DNA from: Microthyrium microscopicum
Lineage: Eukaryota
DNA length: 64,000 nucleotides
NCBI GenBank assembly: GCA_010405405.1
Contig: MU004235.1
Location: 200,538 to 264,537, forward strand
Direction: 5' to 3'
Under the pieces are notes generated by a model. That model was given only the letters and a program-made list of their open reading frames with translations. It was not told the origin of the DNA and ran no database searches. Positions within the stretch are counted from its first letter, which is position 1. Every line of letters begins with the position of its first letter. Made by a program: the position numbers and the translations under genes. Positions 1-11,689 of this stretch are shown here, one piece after another.

Positions 1-14
1 TATCCTCTATCATC

Positions 15-3000
15 ATGGCGTCTCCTGGTCAAGCCCAGGCGCCGATCGCCATGCCTGGTGCCCCTATGGTTGCGCACTCCAATTTTGAGTACGACGCGAA
101 AGTTATGGCACACGGCTATCGCATTATGCACAAGCAGCGAGTTATTGGTGTCAAATGCGGGCAGGATCCCACCGCAATTCTTGGTCCTGAGATGGTTGCT
201 ATGCATGGTCTCGAGTTCTGCGCTCGCATTGTCAACGAGATCGGTTACATGAACTTTCAAGATATTTCCAACTTCGTCACCGAATTCACAAACAAATATC
301 GCGATGAGCCAAATGTCTTATCCCAAAAGATATGCCATAAAGGTGATCTTCGATCCATGTTTACTGAAGACGATATTCTGAAGCACGGCGAGGCTTTTCT
401 GATCGAAGTTCGAGAACACGCTCGCCTAGCACTTGTCGCCTACCACAATTCCAAACTCAAAGATAAGTCTGGCGCTCAAGGAGCAGGACAAGCCCAGCCT
501 GTCAATCCTGGCTTCAATACTGGTGAACCTTCACTGCAACATCATTACCCAGCGCAGATGCCTGCAAATGTGCCCAATGGTGCTCCCAATACTAGCATGA
601 TGATGCATCCAATGACCCTGCCACCTCATAACATTCCTCAAATCATCCTCCCCGGCAATCCATCTATGGACACTCGTCGTGTGCGATCGGACGGCAATTA
701 TCGTCAGAATATGCCTGACTCCGAACAGACACGCGTGGTTTCTGGAGAGAATATACCACCACGCGGAGGCTTCGTACCCTCTCCTATTCCTTTTGATGCT
801 CACCGCGCTCATGGAAACCCTCGAACTGCTGAAGTTTTCCAGCCTACGATGCCCAACCAGAATAACAATGGACAGCATTGGAACAACAATGGGCCACCTC
901 CTGGCCCGCCTTCTCAACAGAATCGGTCCGGCTTTGGACATCCCACTCGACCTCCGTTCAATGTCAAGGCTCCGTCCTTCCATAATCAAGCACCATATGC
1001 CTCTCCCGGTCCAATGTCGGCTCCTTTACACCCTCAACTACCTCCGCACCAGCAGCATATGCCAGCGCTTCAGCAGCAGCAGGGGCCAGTTAATTATCAA
1101 AACGGACCACCGTATCATGCCGTTCCGCAATACTATACGGACTATGCCTATGGAGCTCTTGCTCCATACACACCGGGTGGTTCACGCTGGACAGGACCAG
1201 AAGATCAACAAGATCACCGTTCTCGTTTCCCCACTGTCCCTGCCATGCAACAGCCTCCTCGAAACAAAACCAAGAACAAGAAGAAGGGAGGCAATCGCAG
1301 CCGCCAAAATTCTGTGCTTTCTCAATCCGATCATGGTCGGCCTGGAGCATATGGTAAAGGACAATTTGACTCGTCCAAAAACATGCCACGTCCATATAAT
1401 ACAATTCCTACCCGACCAAATCAGTCAGTTCCTGCTCAACACCAAGGAAATAATCCAGGCCCACAAAACCAGAACGCTGGTTCAAGTGAACCCTTCCCTC
1501 GATTTGAGAATCGTCGTAACTCGATGAATTCTGAGCCATATCCATTTGTCGAAGGCCTCACCGAGAACACCATTCCTCCAGAAGTTACAGACATTACGTC
1601 TCTTTGGATTGGACATATTGGGCTCACGGTGTCAGATTACGACCTCCGTGAACACTTTGACCGAGTCTATCCAGGCTCCGTGGATCTAAACTGTCAAGTT
1701 ACTCAGCGTCGAGATCACCCCTCAGCAGCTGTAAATGGGTTTGCGTGGTCAATCCTTAACTTCACTAGCGCCGATGCTGCGCGTAAGGGACTCTTGATGG
1801 ACGGAAGCATACTTAATAACCATCCAATCACCGTTCGAGTTCCGCGACGATATCTCCCAGGCTATGAACAAAAGCCTCATCGATCTTCCTTTAACAATGG
1901 AAATGGGTCTGATCACCGCGGTTCCTTCTCTAGAAACGGCCTTTCGAACCGCGGTCCATCGGGTACTATCACTGGACCTCGTAGAACTGCTGACACTATT
2001 CCTGAACATCCTGGTCCTCTGCCGAGCACGATCAGCACTGTTGCACAGCAATCCCCTCCTGTGAAGGGTTCCGGCAAAAAGTCTGCCAGCCCCAAAGCAA
2101 TCACATCTCCGGAAGTTTCAGAGTCTGCTGAGGTCAAGGTGGAAATGGGGAGCACAGAGAACAAGGTAGAGAAAGTAGTTGAGACGCCTACATCTGATAA
2201 TGCGTCGGCCAAGCTCAAAGATGTTGCTCCTATTGTCGAGGAGCAGACCAAACCAAAGACCCAGGCCGAGAAGAAGAAGAAGGCACCAAAACATAAGAAG
2301 ACCGAGTCGCAAAAATCGTCAACGGCCAAAGCAGCGGCAGCAGTGGAAAAGGATATTCCCAAAAACGCGCCAGCAAAGCCAACGTGGGCAGAGAAACTCC
2401 AGGCCGGAAAGGTTATCGCTAAATCTGCGCCAAAGGAGCAGGACACGCAACCACAAAACCGAGTCGTGACGAAAGGCCGCGCCGCTGACGAGATGAAGGG
2501 TAAAGCCTCGGAGGATGACCCGTTGGAAGGCCCAAACACTGCACTTGTTTCTTCATTGAAGGAACTCAAAATCAAGTCGCCTTCTAACGATGAGAACAAG
2601 GCATTCGCATTACCATCACCAATCGTTGAGATTGGCAATCCTGATGGTTTGTCAAAATCTCCCGTGGATGGAAAGGCCAAGGTGCGTTCACCTGTCGCCA
2701 CGCCACTCGTTACGCCGACACGAAGCAAAACCGGCTCCCCGACAAATCCGTCTTCTCCAACATCGTTCGATACAAAGTCTCCCGAGCACAAAAATGGCAT
2801 CAGCGCTCCGACCAATACTCCTGCAGCCAAAAAGTCAGCGGTTCGTCATGATTCTACTATGGCTTTCGCGAATGAAAATACCGATCTGTCGACTGGCTAT
2901 GACTGGGCCACTGAGTCTGTCAAACCTGATATTGACCTCCCTGTTCCACCGACGCCTGTCTCGAACAAGGATGTTGAACCTGACAATGCCAAAAATGACT

Positions 3001-3293
3001 CCACTGGAGAAGTCGCTGAACCAAAGGATCTTGAGCAAAAGTCTATCTCGGAGACTACAAAGAAGAGTGCTCCATCAACTGTCGAGGAGCAGTGGGTAGG
3101 AAATCCTTACAAGCGAAAGGAACAACTGGAGAAGCAGGCTCGTGAACAGGCCAAGAAGGCGAAAAAGAAGAACATCAAGACAAAGAAGCGGACTGCAGCT
3201 AAGGGCTCTATTTCGATTTCCGGCGAACTTGCTTCGGGTCCAACCGGAACCCACTCTACTTCGTCGCGAGTGTCTGAGAATGGCTCCGTCTAG
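15..3293 (+). CDS. Large low-complexity protein (1092 aa) with one central RRM-like domain
   Basis: Uninterrupted ORF. Segment SLWIGHIG...FAWSILNFTSADAARKGLLMDGSILNNHPITVRVP (about nt 1600-1850) has RNP2/RNP1-like RRM spacing. It is flanked by P/Q/N-rich and K/S/P-rich disordered regions. Further 5' exons outside the window cannot be excluded. Confidence 0.75.
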   Translation: MASPGQAQAPIAMPGAPMVAHSNFEYDAKVMAHGYRIMHKQRVIGVKCGQDPTAILGPEMVAMHGLEFCARIVNEIGYMNFQDISNFVTEFTNKYRDEPNVLSQKICHKGDLRSMFTEDDILKHGEAFLIEVREHARLALVAYHNSKLKDKSGAQGAGQAQPVNPGFNTGEPSLQHHYPAQMPANVPNGAPNTSMMMHPMTLPPHNIPQIILPGNPSMDTRRVRSDGNYRQNMPDSEQTRVVSGENIPPRGGFVPSPIPFDAHRAHGNPRTAEVFQPTMPNQNNNGQHWNNNGPPPGPPSQQNRSGFGHPTRPPFNVKAPSFHNQAPYASPGPMSAPLHPQLPPHQQHMPALQQQQGPVNYQNGPPYHAVPQYYTDYAYGALAPYTPGGSRWTGPEDQQDHRSRFPTVPAMQQPPRNKTKNKKKGGNRSRQNSVLSQSDHGRPGAYGKGQFDSSKNMPRPYNTIPTRPNQSVPAQHQGNNPGPQNQNAGSSEPFPRFENRRNSMNSEPYPFVEGLTENTIPPEVTDITSLWIGHIGLTVSDYDLREHFDRVYPGSVDLNCQVTQRRDHPSAAVNGFAWSILNFTSADAARKGLLMDGSILNNHPITVRVPRRYLPGYEQKPHRSSFNNGNGSDHRGSFSRNGLSNRGPSGTITGPRRTADTIPEHPGPLPSTISTVAQQSPPVKGSGKKSASPKAITSPEVSESAEVKVEMGSTENKVEKVVETPTSDNASAKLKDVAPIVEEQTKPKTQAEKKKKAPKHKKTESQKSSTAKAAAAVEKDIPKNAPAKPTWAEKLQAGKVIAKSAPKEQDTQPQNRVVTKGRAADEMKGKASEDDPLEGPNTALVSSLKELKIKSPSNDENKAFALPSPIVEIGNPDGLSKSPVDGKAKVRSPVATPLVTPTRSKTGSPTNPSSPTSFDTKSPEHKNGISAPTNTPAAKKSAVRHDSTMAFANENTDLSTGYDWATESVKPDIDLPVPPTPVSNKDVEPDNAKNDSTGEVAEPKDLEQKSISETTKKSAPSTVEEQWVGNPYKRKEQLEKQAREQAKKAKKKNIKTKKRTAAKGSISISGELASGPTGTHSTSSRVSENGSV

Positions 3294-3607
3294 GATGATC
3301 ATGCGGATTGGCGGATTGGAATGGTTTGGCGAGCGGGTATAGCCAGCGTGTTTTGCTTGCGATTGGTCTGGGAATGATCGTTTAGTGTTTGTATTATATC
3401 TATGAGGTTAGTGACTAGACAGCCAACTGAATGGCGAACTGGATTACATAGTCCATCACTAGAGACTACTATCATCGCTTGCCTATGAGATAGACGATGG
3501 CCAAGTGATGTTTGTGAATCAAAGAGCATCAAGTGGTGATGGAGACCTCTAGCATCAATAAAAGTCATGTTGTCTGAGCGAAGTATTTCTTTTAATTTCT
3601 TGTGATC

Positions 3608-4122
3608 TTATGAACCCGACGAAACTTCTCGCCTCATCTCCGCTCTCCGTGCCGCCAACTCCTCTGATGCGACGCGCTGTTTGTGAGCGTCGGCCTTGGC
3701 GTATGCTTTTCGTTCCTTGTCTTGTTTCTCCTTCATCACAATCCAGACTTGCAATTGTTAATATCTGAACAAGTTTTACAAATATTTTACTTACTGTTCC
3801 GGTCGTCCTTGGCGTACTCTTTCATTTGGTTGATGTAGTTGTCCATTGCTACGACATTCTGTTGCCGCGAATTGACCATGTCCGCTGCTTGGTCTTCAGG
3901 GTATTTCTGCAAGACGTCAGCTGCTTCCTAGGCTTTTTGTTGTATGATGCTACTCTACCTTTTTGAAATCCTCTTGTGACGGTATGGCTTTCATTAATGC
4001 CCAAGGCATAGCGACTCCAACGCCGCCGACGCTGTTGGTGTTAGTTCTGGTCTCGTTCAAGTGACGAGGAAGACGTACACGAGGAAGATTTTGGTGTACA
4101 TGCCCAGTGATAGCTGCGCCAT
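3608..4122 (-). CDS. CBP4: Cbp4-like cytochrome b / complex III assembly factor (4 exons, not in ORF track)
   Basis: Manual splicing of three GT..AG introns with branch sites gives MAQLSLGMYTKIFLVVGGVGVAMPWALMKAIPSQEDFKKKYPEDQAADMVNSRQQNVVAMDNYINQMKEYAKDDRNIWIVMKEKQDKERKAY...EMRREVSSGS*. The N-terminal TM segment, P-x-EE-x-F-K-K-Y and KEYxKxDxxIW motifs match fungal Cbp4. Confidence 0.75.
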
Positions 4123-4263
4123 AATGACTTCCAAAGTGGCTGCTTCTTAGTGTTTTCAGTTGGCTTACAGATTTCTAATGAAAGGTTCTTGATATAACTC
4201 TGGATTGATGATGAAAGACGCTGGGAAACAATCTCACGATGATCGCTAGATGAAAGTCACCGA

Positions 4264-4270
4264 CCAATCA
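4264..4270 (+). promoter_or_regulatory. CCAAT box (CCAATCA) in the short divergent promoter between CBP4 and the F-box-like gene
   Basis: Exact CCAATCA about 140 nt upstream of the CBP4 ATG. HAP/CBC regulation of respiratory genes is established; function at this site is inferred. Confidence 0.3.
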
Positions 4271-4417
4271 GCGCTCAGCAAGTCCCATAAATCCGCCTTA
4301 TATCCATCAACGTCTAACTTCATCCCATTGTTTGGTACATATCTTCAATTGCCACACTATTTGTTGACGCACTTCTAGAACATACCAGGCCAAAAGAATA
4401 CCTGTTCAACCTCCACT

Positions 4418-5197
4418 ATGCCCGGATCTTACACAAAGCCCACAATGGCCAATACCGCGCCCTTCAACTTCCTCCTCCTCCCGCCAGGTCTATCCCCCAC
4501 TCCAGCCTTATAGAAACCAAACTAACAGCAACCAGAACTCCGCGCCCAAATCTTCTCCTATCTGCTCCCCTTCACTCTCCCTTCCACACCGCTTCGCCCA
4601 TCTACAGTTTGGATTCGCGGCTCCATCACACCCCTTCTATTAAACCAGCAACTACATCACGAAGCCGCCGCCCAACTCTACGGCACCAACACATTCGCGC
4701 TCCGTGTCACATATCTCGGCACACGCTTCCTCTATTCATGGCTCCTCCCATCTGGCTTACGACCGAGTAAAGCTTTACCCTTTGACTTTGGGGAAAGGTA
4801 TATGCGATACGTGAGACATGTGGTGGTGAGTGTAGAGCATGTGGATAGCTACAAGGGGATGATTAAGTATAACTGTGGTGGGAGAGGGCTTAGTGAGGGC
4901 GTGAGGAGGCAGGTGGAGAGCTTGGTGGAGTTGTTGGGGCAGTGTGAGAGGCTAGGGAGGGTAGAGGTCAGATTGGAAGGGAGTGCGGTACTGGATGCGA
5001 TTCGAAAGAAGGTTGTGAGGGCAAAGGAGACGTTTGAGGCTGGTGGAGTCGGACAAGAGGTGTTGGAACCCTTTGCGAGATTGAAAGGGGTTGCGGCCCC
5101 GCGAGTGGGAGGGTCTGTAGATGGGGAGTTCGCGAGGAGTTTGGAACAGATTATGGGTAGGGATAACAGTTGGGTAGGCGATGACAAATGGACCTAG
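4418..5197 (+). CDS. F-box-like (LPxELRxxI) fungal protein, 2 exons
   Basis: ATG 4418, intron 4488-4535 (GT..CTAAC..CAG) joins FNFLLLPP|ELRAQIFSYLLP, then ...LNQQLHHEAAAQLYGTNTF..., continuous with ORF 4802-5197. Confidence 0.75.
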
Positions 5198-5199
5198 GA

Positions 5200-6650
5200 G
5201 CTATTATTTGTTTTAGTTGCAACAGCTTGCAGACATTCTTGGACGCGTGTTTTCGTGGTTCCGCTGCCGTCGAGTGGAGAACATCAAAGCATCGTAAAAC
5301 CCCAAGGAACAGAGATGGCATTGCCACTTCACCATTACCAAACAGAGACTTGAACCTGCCGTGAACGATATTGTCTCGGTTGGCTACTACATGACATACT
5401 TGAGTAGCATTTTCATGTCTGTCCACCCTGAAATACCTGCGGATGACATCGGTGAAGTTAAGATCCGATTACCTATTCTTCTCCAAAACCTCTCGCTCAC
5501 GTCGACTTCGTTCATTCTCGACTTGAAGTCTTCTTTCTTTGTATATTCAAGGCTTTCTCCACAGATCATCAATTCCAGTCCCTCGTCCGTTGTGAATGCA
5601 TTTGTGCGGAAGCAGCAGTCCGCTGAAGATCTGGAAGTATTTCATCAACAGTTTGCCACCACCAGGTCCAGAAACTGCGAAAGCTCTCCCGGTAATCATT
5701 GCGGCTTTGACCATATGCTTCAAGTATGGCAGGTAGCTATACCTGTAGCTCGTTATCTTCATCCTACAGTCTCTGTCTTTCGTCTTCTGACATATCCCTC
5801 TCTCTAATTGGAGTGAGCGACCTCCAAATTCGTTAAGAAATATCCTGAGCTACTTGAAGGTTAGTGCTCTGTGCGAAATGGCGACAGATTTTTTAATGAC
5901 CATGGAGCAGACACAGAGTGTGCTTTGTACCCGCAATACCACAAAAGTCGATCAAAATGCTTGAAAGTGCTTTGGCGCTTCTGACGGCCTAAGTAGTCTT
6001 GCCAACGACAGGCCAGTTTTGTATGAGGAAAAAGTACACGTTGGAGGTTGTCAGAGATGTCACTTAGACTGCCGGGATACTGGAACATTTGCTCCTGAGT
6101 TGCTATCTCCAGGGTCTTGCAGCTCGGTCTAGTTAAGTGCGTATCACTGGCTTGCTCCTCCGCTGGTAATTGTGTCTTCTTTCCAATAGTCCCCTAGAGA
6201 AGGGCATCGCTTAATAGCTGACCAAACTTGCTTCGTTCATTACAGTACTTGGGCACTTGAGTGTACTTCATGATGTTTCTGAAAGGCTCTGAAGTCCTGG
6301 TGGAGAGACATCAAGTTCTGCCGCGTGGAAGTTGTAGACTGATACACTTGGGTATGCGACGACTTTAAGGCACTAAGTTGGTTCTCAACTCATCAATTCG
6401 TGTACTGATGGAACCGGTGTTCTTTTTGACTTAGATGACCTCACTGGTTTTTAGTTTGCTCTGCTCATAAGCTGGGCATCTGATGCATGCGAAGCAGTTT
6501 GGATAGCTTAAACATCTGCCAATATCCGAGAGCTGAGCTCCCTGGATGATATTAATCGAAGCATAAATCTCCAAATCGATAACCTGTAACTCTTGCATAA
6601 GGTCCGAATGAACCTTGTTGATTCTTTGTATCTTCTGCTCGAGATCCATT
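5200..6650 (-). pseudogene. Possible decayed gene with coiled-coil-like fragments
   Basis: Protein-like fragments occur in shifting frames (MDLEQKIQRINKVHSDLMQELQVIDLEIY; STRIDELRT / QLSALKSSHTQVYQSTTSTRQNLMSLHQDFRAFQKHHE). I could not build an intact spliced model. Confidence 0.25.
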
Positions 6651-7403
6651 GGATTCGATGTAGTCGTTATAAGCTTACACATAGGACGGGAAATAAAGCA
6701 CATGATAGTAAAACGAAGCATCTGGTAGACAAAGCACTTCATGAATTATTTTGTCGACCTATTGACAGCCCACATCTTCCCAATCTTTAGGTATTAGCTA
6801 ATTTTAGGTCCGGCGCCGATGTATTACTTTCTGATTTCTACCGTCTGAGTGCTTTTGGGTATTGAAATAACAATTCTCAGCATCCTCAATGTCTTCAATA
6901 TTCGTTGTTTGCAGGCTACAGCCAAACAGCTCAACAGTCAATACAAGCTCACATAAGCACCTTCAGATCTCATGCCAAATTATCTTGAACTCAGCATGAA
7001 TATCACCAGGAATTTTATCCCCAGCCAACTATCCAGAGAAACTGGAGCAGAAAAGTTGTTGTGCTAGGGGGATCCAATTACTTCTTTGTTGTTGTTGATG
7101 TAATTTTGGAATCAACAGCCTAGCCTCTTCCAACAACCTTGAGAATGACAAAGACAATATACAAAGAAAACTCTAGATCCTTTGAGAGATATATGAATTC
7201 AGCTTATAATCATTATTTAAGGGTATCTACTAACTTAGCGTAAGAAGAAAAGCGCAGTGACTGTACCTGACAAGAGCGCAGACAGCGCATCGCGAAGGTC
7301 AGCTTCCGTTGATCACAAAACTAAGCATCAAATTTTGAACTTTACCACCAATAGTCGTCCGCGACTCATGTTGTAGTATTGATCCCTTACGCAAAGACGC
7401 AAA

Positions 7404-8732
7404 ATGAGTAACGCAGCGCAGATTCACAATGGTGCTATCCCTCTTTACCAACTACCGACGGAGGTTTTAGACATGATTCTCAAACTCGCCTATGAAGAAG
7501 AGATACCTACGCGTGATGCGTACCACCTATGCAAAACATGCCCATCCGTCTGGTATCCAGGAGCAACGGCAGGTACTCAAGTAAGTCGACGGTTTCGGGA
7601 TCTTTCAAGACGACTTCTTTTCCGGGTCATCAAGTTGTTATATTATCCCGATGGAAGGGTGGGAGAAGACATGGGCGATCAACTTTTTGCTCACCGACTC
7701 AATTCTGTCGACTACCCCGATAGTCCGTTGCAACTTTGCCGGATCCTCATCCTTGAGTTTGGCTATGAGGGAGTTGATACCCCACCTGAAACCCCTGTAA
7801 TGGATGTTATCGACAAAATAAGCCCACTGGCCACCTACTTTGGAAATGTGATGTGTCTCACCGTTGTGTGGTTCAATGAAACCGATGCCTCGTTTTGGTT
7901 TCTCTGGTCGATTATTAGGACGATGGTGCATCTTCGTCATTTCAGCGCCTTCAAATCCAATGGTAAAAAGATCACACACTCTCGACTGAAAGAACTTACC
8001 TCGTATCCATGGAGGCTAGATTACTTCTGCTCTGATAGTTGCCTCGCTGGTATGGCTCCAATTGCTCCACCTGGGTACACACCAAATGCTCTCTATACTG
8101 TTCTTACACCTGTAACCGTGCCGATGACCATGGAGGCGATTGAGGAACTCCTATCAACCCAGAAGAGATCGCTCCGAACTCTAGAAATCGCACTGCTAAC
8201 ACAGCCAATCCCAGTCCTGGCGGAAGGAGAAGAGCCGACTCCACCACAGCTGATCTTCGACAAGATACACAAGCTAACACTACGACTAATTCCCAAACAA
8301 ATGCTGCCGGCAACGTACGCTTATGACGTACTAGATCCCGAAAGGGTAGTTTTACAACTTATTGGCCCGGAGAGTCTGGACGTCACCATTGATTTGTCAG
8401 AATTCGGTATCGCGGATCCTGACCAGGATACGGAAGACTTTATAGCTGGCTTTCTCCAGGCACTGATCACGCATGAAAAGCCAACGAAGATTGTAAAGAT
8501 TTTCTATGCCCCAGATGTGTCTTTGGTTAATGTCCCAAATACTAGAATCTACGCGACGCTAACCTTTGATCCTTTGACACATCGCTATCCTTGGTATAGA
8601 TTTCAGGAAATCGCTATAAGATTCCATGATCAAGGTGTTCAGTTGCTCTTTACCCCAAATATAGGCCTAGGGTGGTTTACATTCATGATGGGACGGATAC
8701 TTGAAAGTCAAACAGTTCAGCGGAACCCGTAG
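7404..8732 (+). CDS. F-box-like protein with CxxC motif (array member 1)
   Basis: 442-aa ORF; PLYQLPTEVLDMILKLAY F-box start, HLCKTCP, VSRRFRDLSRRLLFRVIKL, followed by LRR-like repeats. Confidence 0.75.
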   Translation: MSNAAQIHNGAIPLYQLPTEVLDMILKLAYEEEIPTRDAYHLCKTCPSVWYPGATAGTQVSRRFRDLSRRLLFRVIKLLYYPDGRVGEDMGDQLFAHRLNSVDYPDSPLQLCRILILEFGYEGVDTPPETPVMDVIDKISPLATYFGNVMCLTVVWFNETDASFWFLWSIIRTMVHLRHFSAFKSNGKKITHSRLKELTSYPWRLDYFCSDSCLAGMAPIAPPGYTPNALYTVLTPVTVPMTMEAIEELLSTQKRSLRTLEIALLTQPIPVLAEGEEPTPPQLIFDKIHKLTLRLIPKQMLPATYAYDVLDPERVVLQLIGPESLDVTIDLSEFGIADPDQDTEDFIAGFLQALITHEKPTKIVKIFYAPDVSLVNVPNTRIYATLTFDPLTHRYPWYRFQEIAIRFHDQGVQLLFTPNIGLGWFTFMMGRILESQTVQRNP

Positions 8733-9248
8733 AGGAATGAAAATGATTTGAGGGATAGCTTTTCCTAGAAAAATGATATGCATAGTTCATGATACTTGAA
8801 AGCAGATTCAGGATATTTTAGTATCGAGTGTTTTGTTCGCCATAGGACGCTTTCAGGACTTGATTCATTTTCGGTTGCAATAGGAAATATAGCATGCTCT
8901 ACGATGAAGACATGCAAATGGCAGCCATTGGCGGTGATGGGCCTTTGCTATATATCTTTCAATCGATTAGCCCTTTAAACATATTGAGTTCATGACCCAA
9001 AAACATTTCAAAGAGCCTAGCAGGGTATTTCTACGTGATGAAATCGTAACTATGGAAACATCCTCGGTTAACCTTGAAACTTCAACGAATTGACGAAGTA
9101 AAAAAGGTTCTCTCTCATGTCGGACGTTATCTGCCATGATCGATAGTCAAAAACACGACATATTTCCTAGCATGACTTGATCAAGTACAAGTCCTTCTCA
9201 ATCCTCTTCAGAATCCGTGACATAAGTGTAGTCACTATCCATGGTAGC

Positions 9249-10987
9249 TTACCGAGTCTCCTGATTAGACAATTCTTCCACGGTTTCCTTTACTCGAGCG
9301 AGCTCCTCGTCTGTGAAATAGGGCTTAGGATATCTGAATGTGATGCCAAGCTCTGTAGCATGGTTCGCGATGTCTTCCAGAACATGGTAAGGATTTTCCA
9401 ATGTCATAAGCGAATTGTTTATACTTGATCGAGCATATGAGCTAGGGGCTTCATGTAGCTGTACCAAATCGGCCAGCCGACGGTGATCAAGTTCGCGGTG
9501 GAAAGGCTGGATCAGTTCCAGCGTCCTCAGTGCAGGCCGATGGATGGCTAGCTGATCCAAGATGTACCTGAAGGAGCGTCCATCACGTTGATCAAACTCG
9601 AAGATCGACGTCGAATGCATATCTAGCATAAGTGTGTTCGTCTTGGGACCACATCCGCTGACCAATTCCCATGCGATGTATTTCCACCTAGCAGCGACCC
9701 ACTTCCCTGATCGAATATCAGTATGCAGGATTTGAAGATTGGGCAGATCTATCGACTCATATGGCAACAAGGGATTGCTGCAGTAAGGTGGATCGGAGAT
9801 ATTCAATCTAGTGAGCCATTTGCTTTGTGATTGGGTCAAAGACATAAGCTCATCGAGCACGGTGTCCTCCATATTCTCCAGTGTCAGGTATTCGATGCGA
9901 CGTGACGCCACGATAAGCGCTTCATACTGCAAGAAGTTGAAAAAGTCTTCATCGCAGTCAAGACTCAAATGCCGCATCGACTTCATTTCTGAACACATCA
10001 GAGAAAACTCCTGCGGACAATCGTTGGTCATGCACCACCTGAAGCTGAGACATTTGATGGAACCGAAAGTAATCCGTATAAAAGCTGCTACGTCAATGAT
10101 CTGTCGGCTTGGCTGAGTACGAGTTGTATTGATGTAGCCTCTGACGTGAACTGAGCGACAATATTTCCAGAAGCTCTTGGGACTCGCCAGAACTTTGGAA
10201 TATAAGGAGCTGAGGTGGACGTTGCCATTCCGATCAAATTCGACATCTAGATATATGCTTCGAAAGGACAATGGTCGAGCTAATAGCCTGAGATGGTGTT
10301 AATGACAATATCCTGGGCTTGATAGCTTTAGGAAGGGTCGCATCGGCCGTCAAGCCGCTGTCAACAATACAACTAGCTACTCAATGGGCCGACAAGATGA
10401 AGGGCGCGCTCCCAGCAGATTTGATCTTTAGTATCAAAGGCGCGCGCCAGTCATATTGCCTACCGATTATTTCTGTAGCCCATGAAATGGAAACTAGATG
10501 ACAGTTCGAAATAGCCGCAGGTGAAAGCTTCAAGAGCGCTGAGCACAGTGACTTACCACAGTTGGTAACAAACTTGAATAAGTGTACTCGGATCATAGTA
10601 AGGACAGGCAAGACAGATGTGGCGAGTACTGAATTCTCTAACTGTGTAATCAGCTTTGTGGGACCTGATAAAAGTTTAGTCTAGAGAATGTGCAGACTTT
10701 CCATCAGAAACATACGCCGATCTCGGTCGAGTAACGAACGGTGTAAAAGCCGCCAATTTGACAATCATATCCAAAATCTCGTAAGGCAATCTGAGGAGAC
10801 TCGACGTCTGCTGAAGTCGAGGCTGTCGTAGTGGACGCTGTCCAAAGTTGAGAACAGTCTGATGAAGCTTAGGAACCGGCGGATAGATATACGGCCAGCT
10901 TCGTGGTTCCCAGCGAGTAACAGGAGGTTTCGTCGGAACGACTCTGAGCATTCCATCGACGTTCGCCAGGTAGGTATCGCAGAGCAT
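9249..10987 (-). CDS. F-box-like CxxC protein (array member 2), 3 exons
   Basis: ORFs 10676-10987 and 9249-10271 join via introns 10715-10665 (51 nt, GTATGT..ATCAG) and 10556-10288 (269 nt, GTAAGT..CATTAAC..CTCAG). The middle exon encodes HICLACPYYDPSTLIQVCYQLW. The product aligns with member 3 throughout. Confidence 0.75.
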
Positions 10988-11689
10988 GATGGGTTTCGTT
11001 GAGTTTGATGGAGTGTGGTGTCGGGGATTGAAAGTAGTCTTAGTGTTTGAATTTGACGTCTGCGCGAGGTTAGTTTGATGTGCTGAAGAAAATGGAATAA
11101 ATCATCTCAGACTTTGAGGCACAATGCTCAAAGAAAGGTGGTAAATAGGTAAGAATTATAGAGATATCAACCGATTACCAACTTGTACTGACTGAAATCT
11201 TCGTTACGGAAAGATGCGATGGGCAAGCCTGTTAGCAGGAGAGACTATGCTATTGTAGAAGAGTTGGTGCTGCAGACAATTCGGGGTTGTGAGAGGTTTT
11301 AGATCGTATCAGAATAAAAGTGTGGTGGGAGGTATCGAGTCTGTTGCCTGGAGTACCGTAGCCTTTGAAGTTTCTATGAGCTTCGATTAGCAGGAACGTC
11401 ACGCGAAAGTCGTGGAGCTCGTGCTTGATGCAGCAGGTCAGATAGTAAGCTAGAAAATGCAAGGAAAGAGCGAGACGGCACCGGGCCTGACAAGGTTGGA
11501 AAGAGCTATTGATATCGTATCTATCATAACGAGCATGGGCTATATGTGTGATTCATTCAATTCTTACCCAAATTTTACGCATCGCTGGACCAGGACATTC
11601 GCCGATCAGCGCCGCAGAGAGTAGGCAGTGAAGTCAATGAGAGCACGCCAACTTGTTCATTCCATCAGTTGATGTTCTTCGAAGCATCT

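Noticed and set aside
679..2830. Long overlapping or antisense ORFs (282 aa, 305 aa) within the RRM gene
   Set aside because: Shadow frames of a long biased CDS with no recognisable motifs.
10466..10474. Possible 9-nt micro-exon or twin intron inside the 269-nt intron
   Set aside because: Inclusion would create an in-frame TGA and the upstream branch site is poor.
10676..10678. Apparent premature TAA making F-box member 2 a pseudogene
   Set aside because: It lies inside a 51-nt GT-AG intron whose position is shared with the paralogue.
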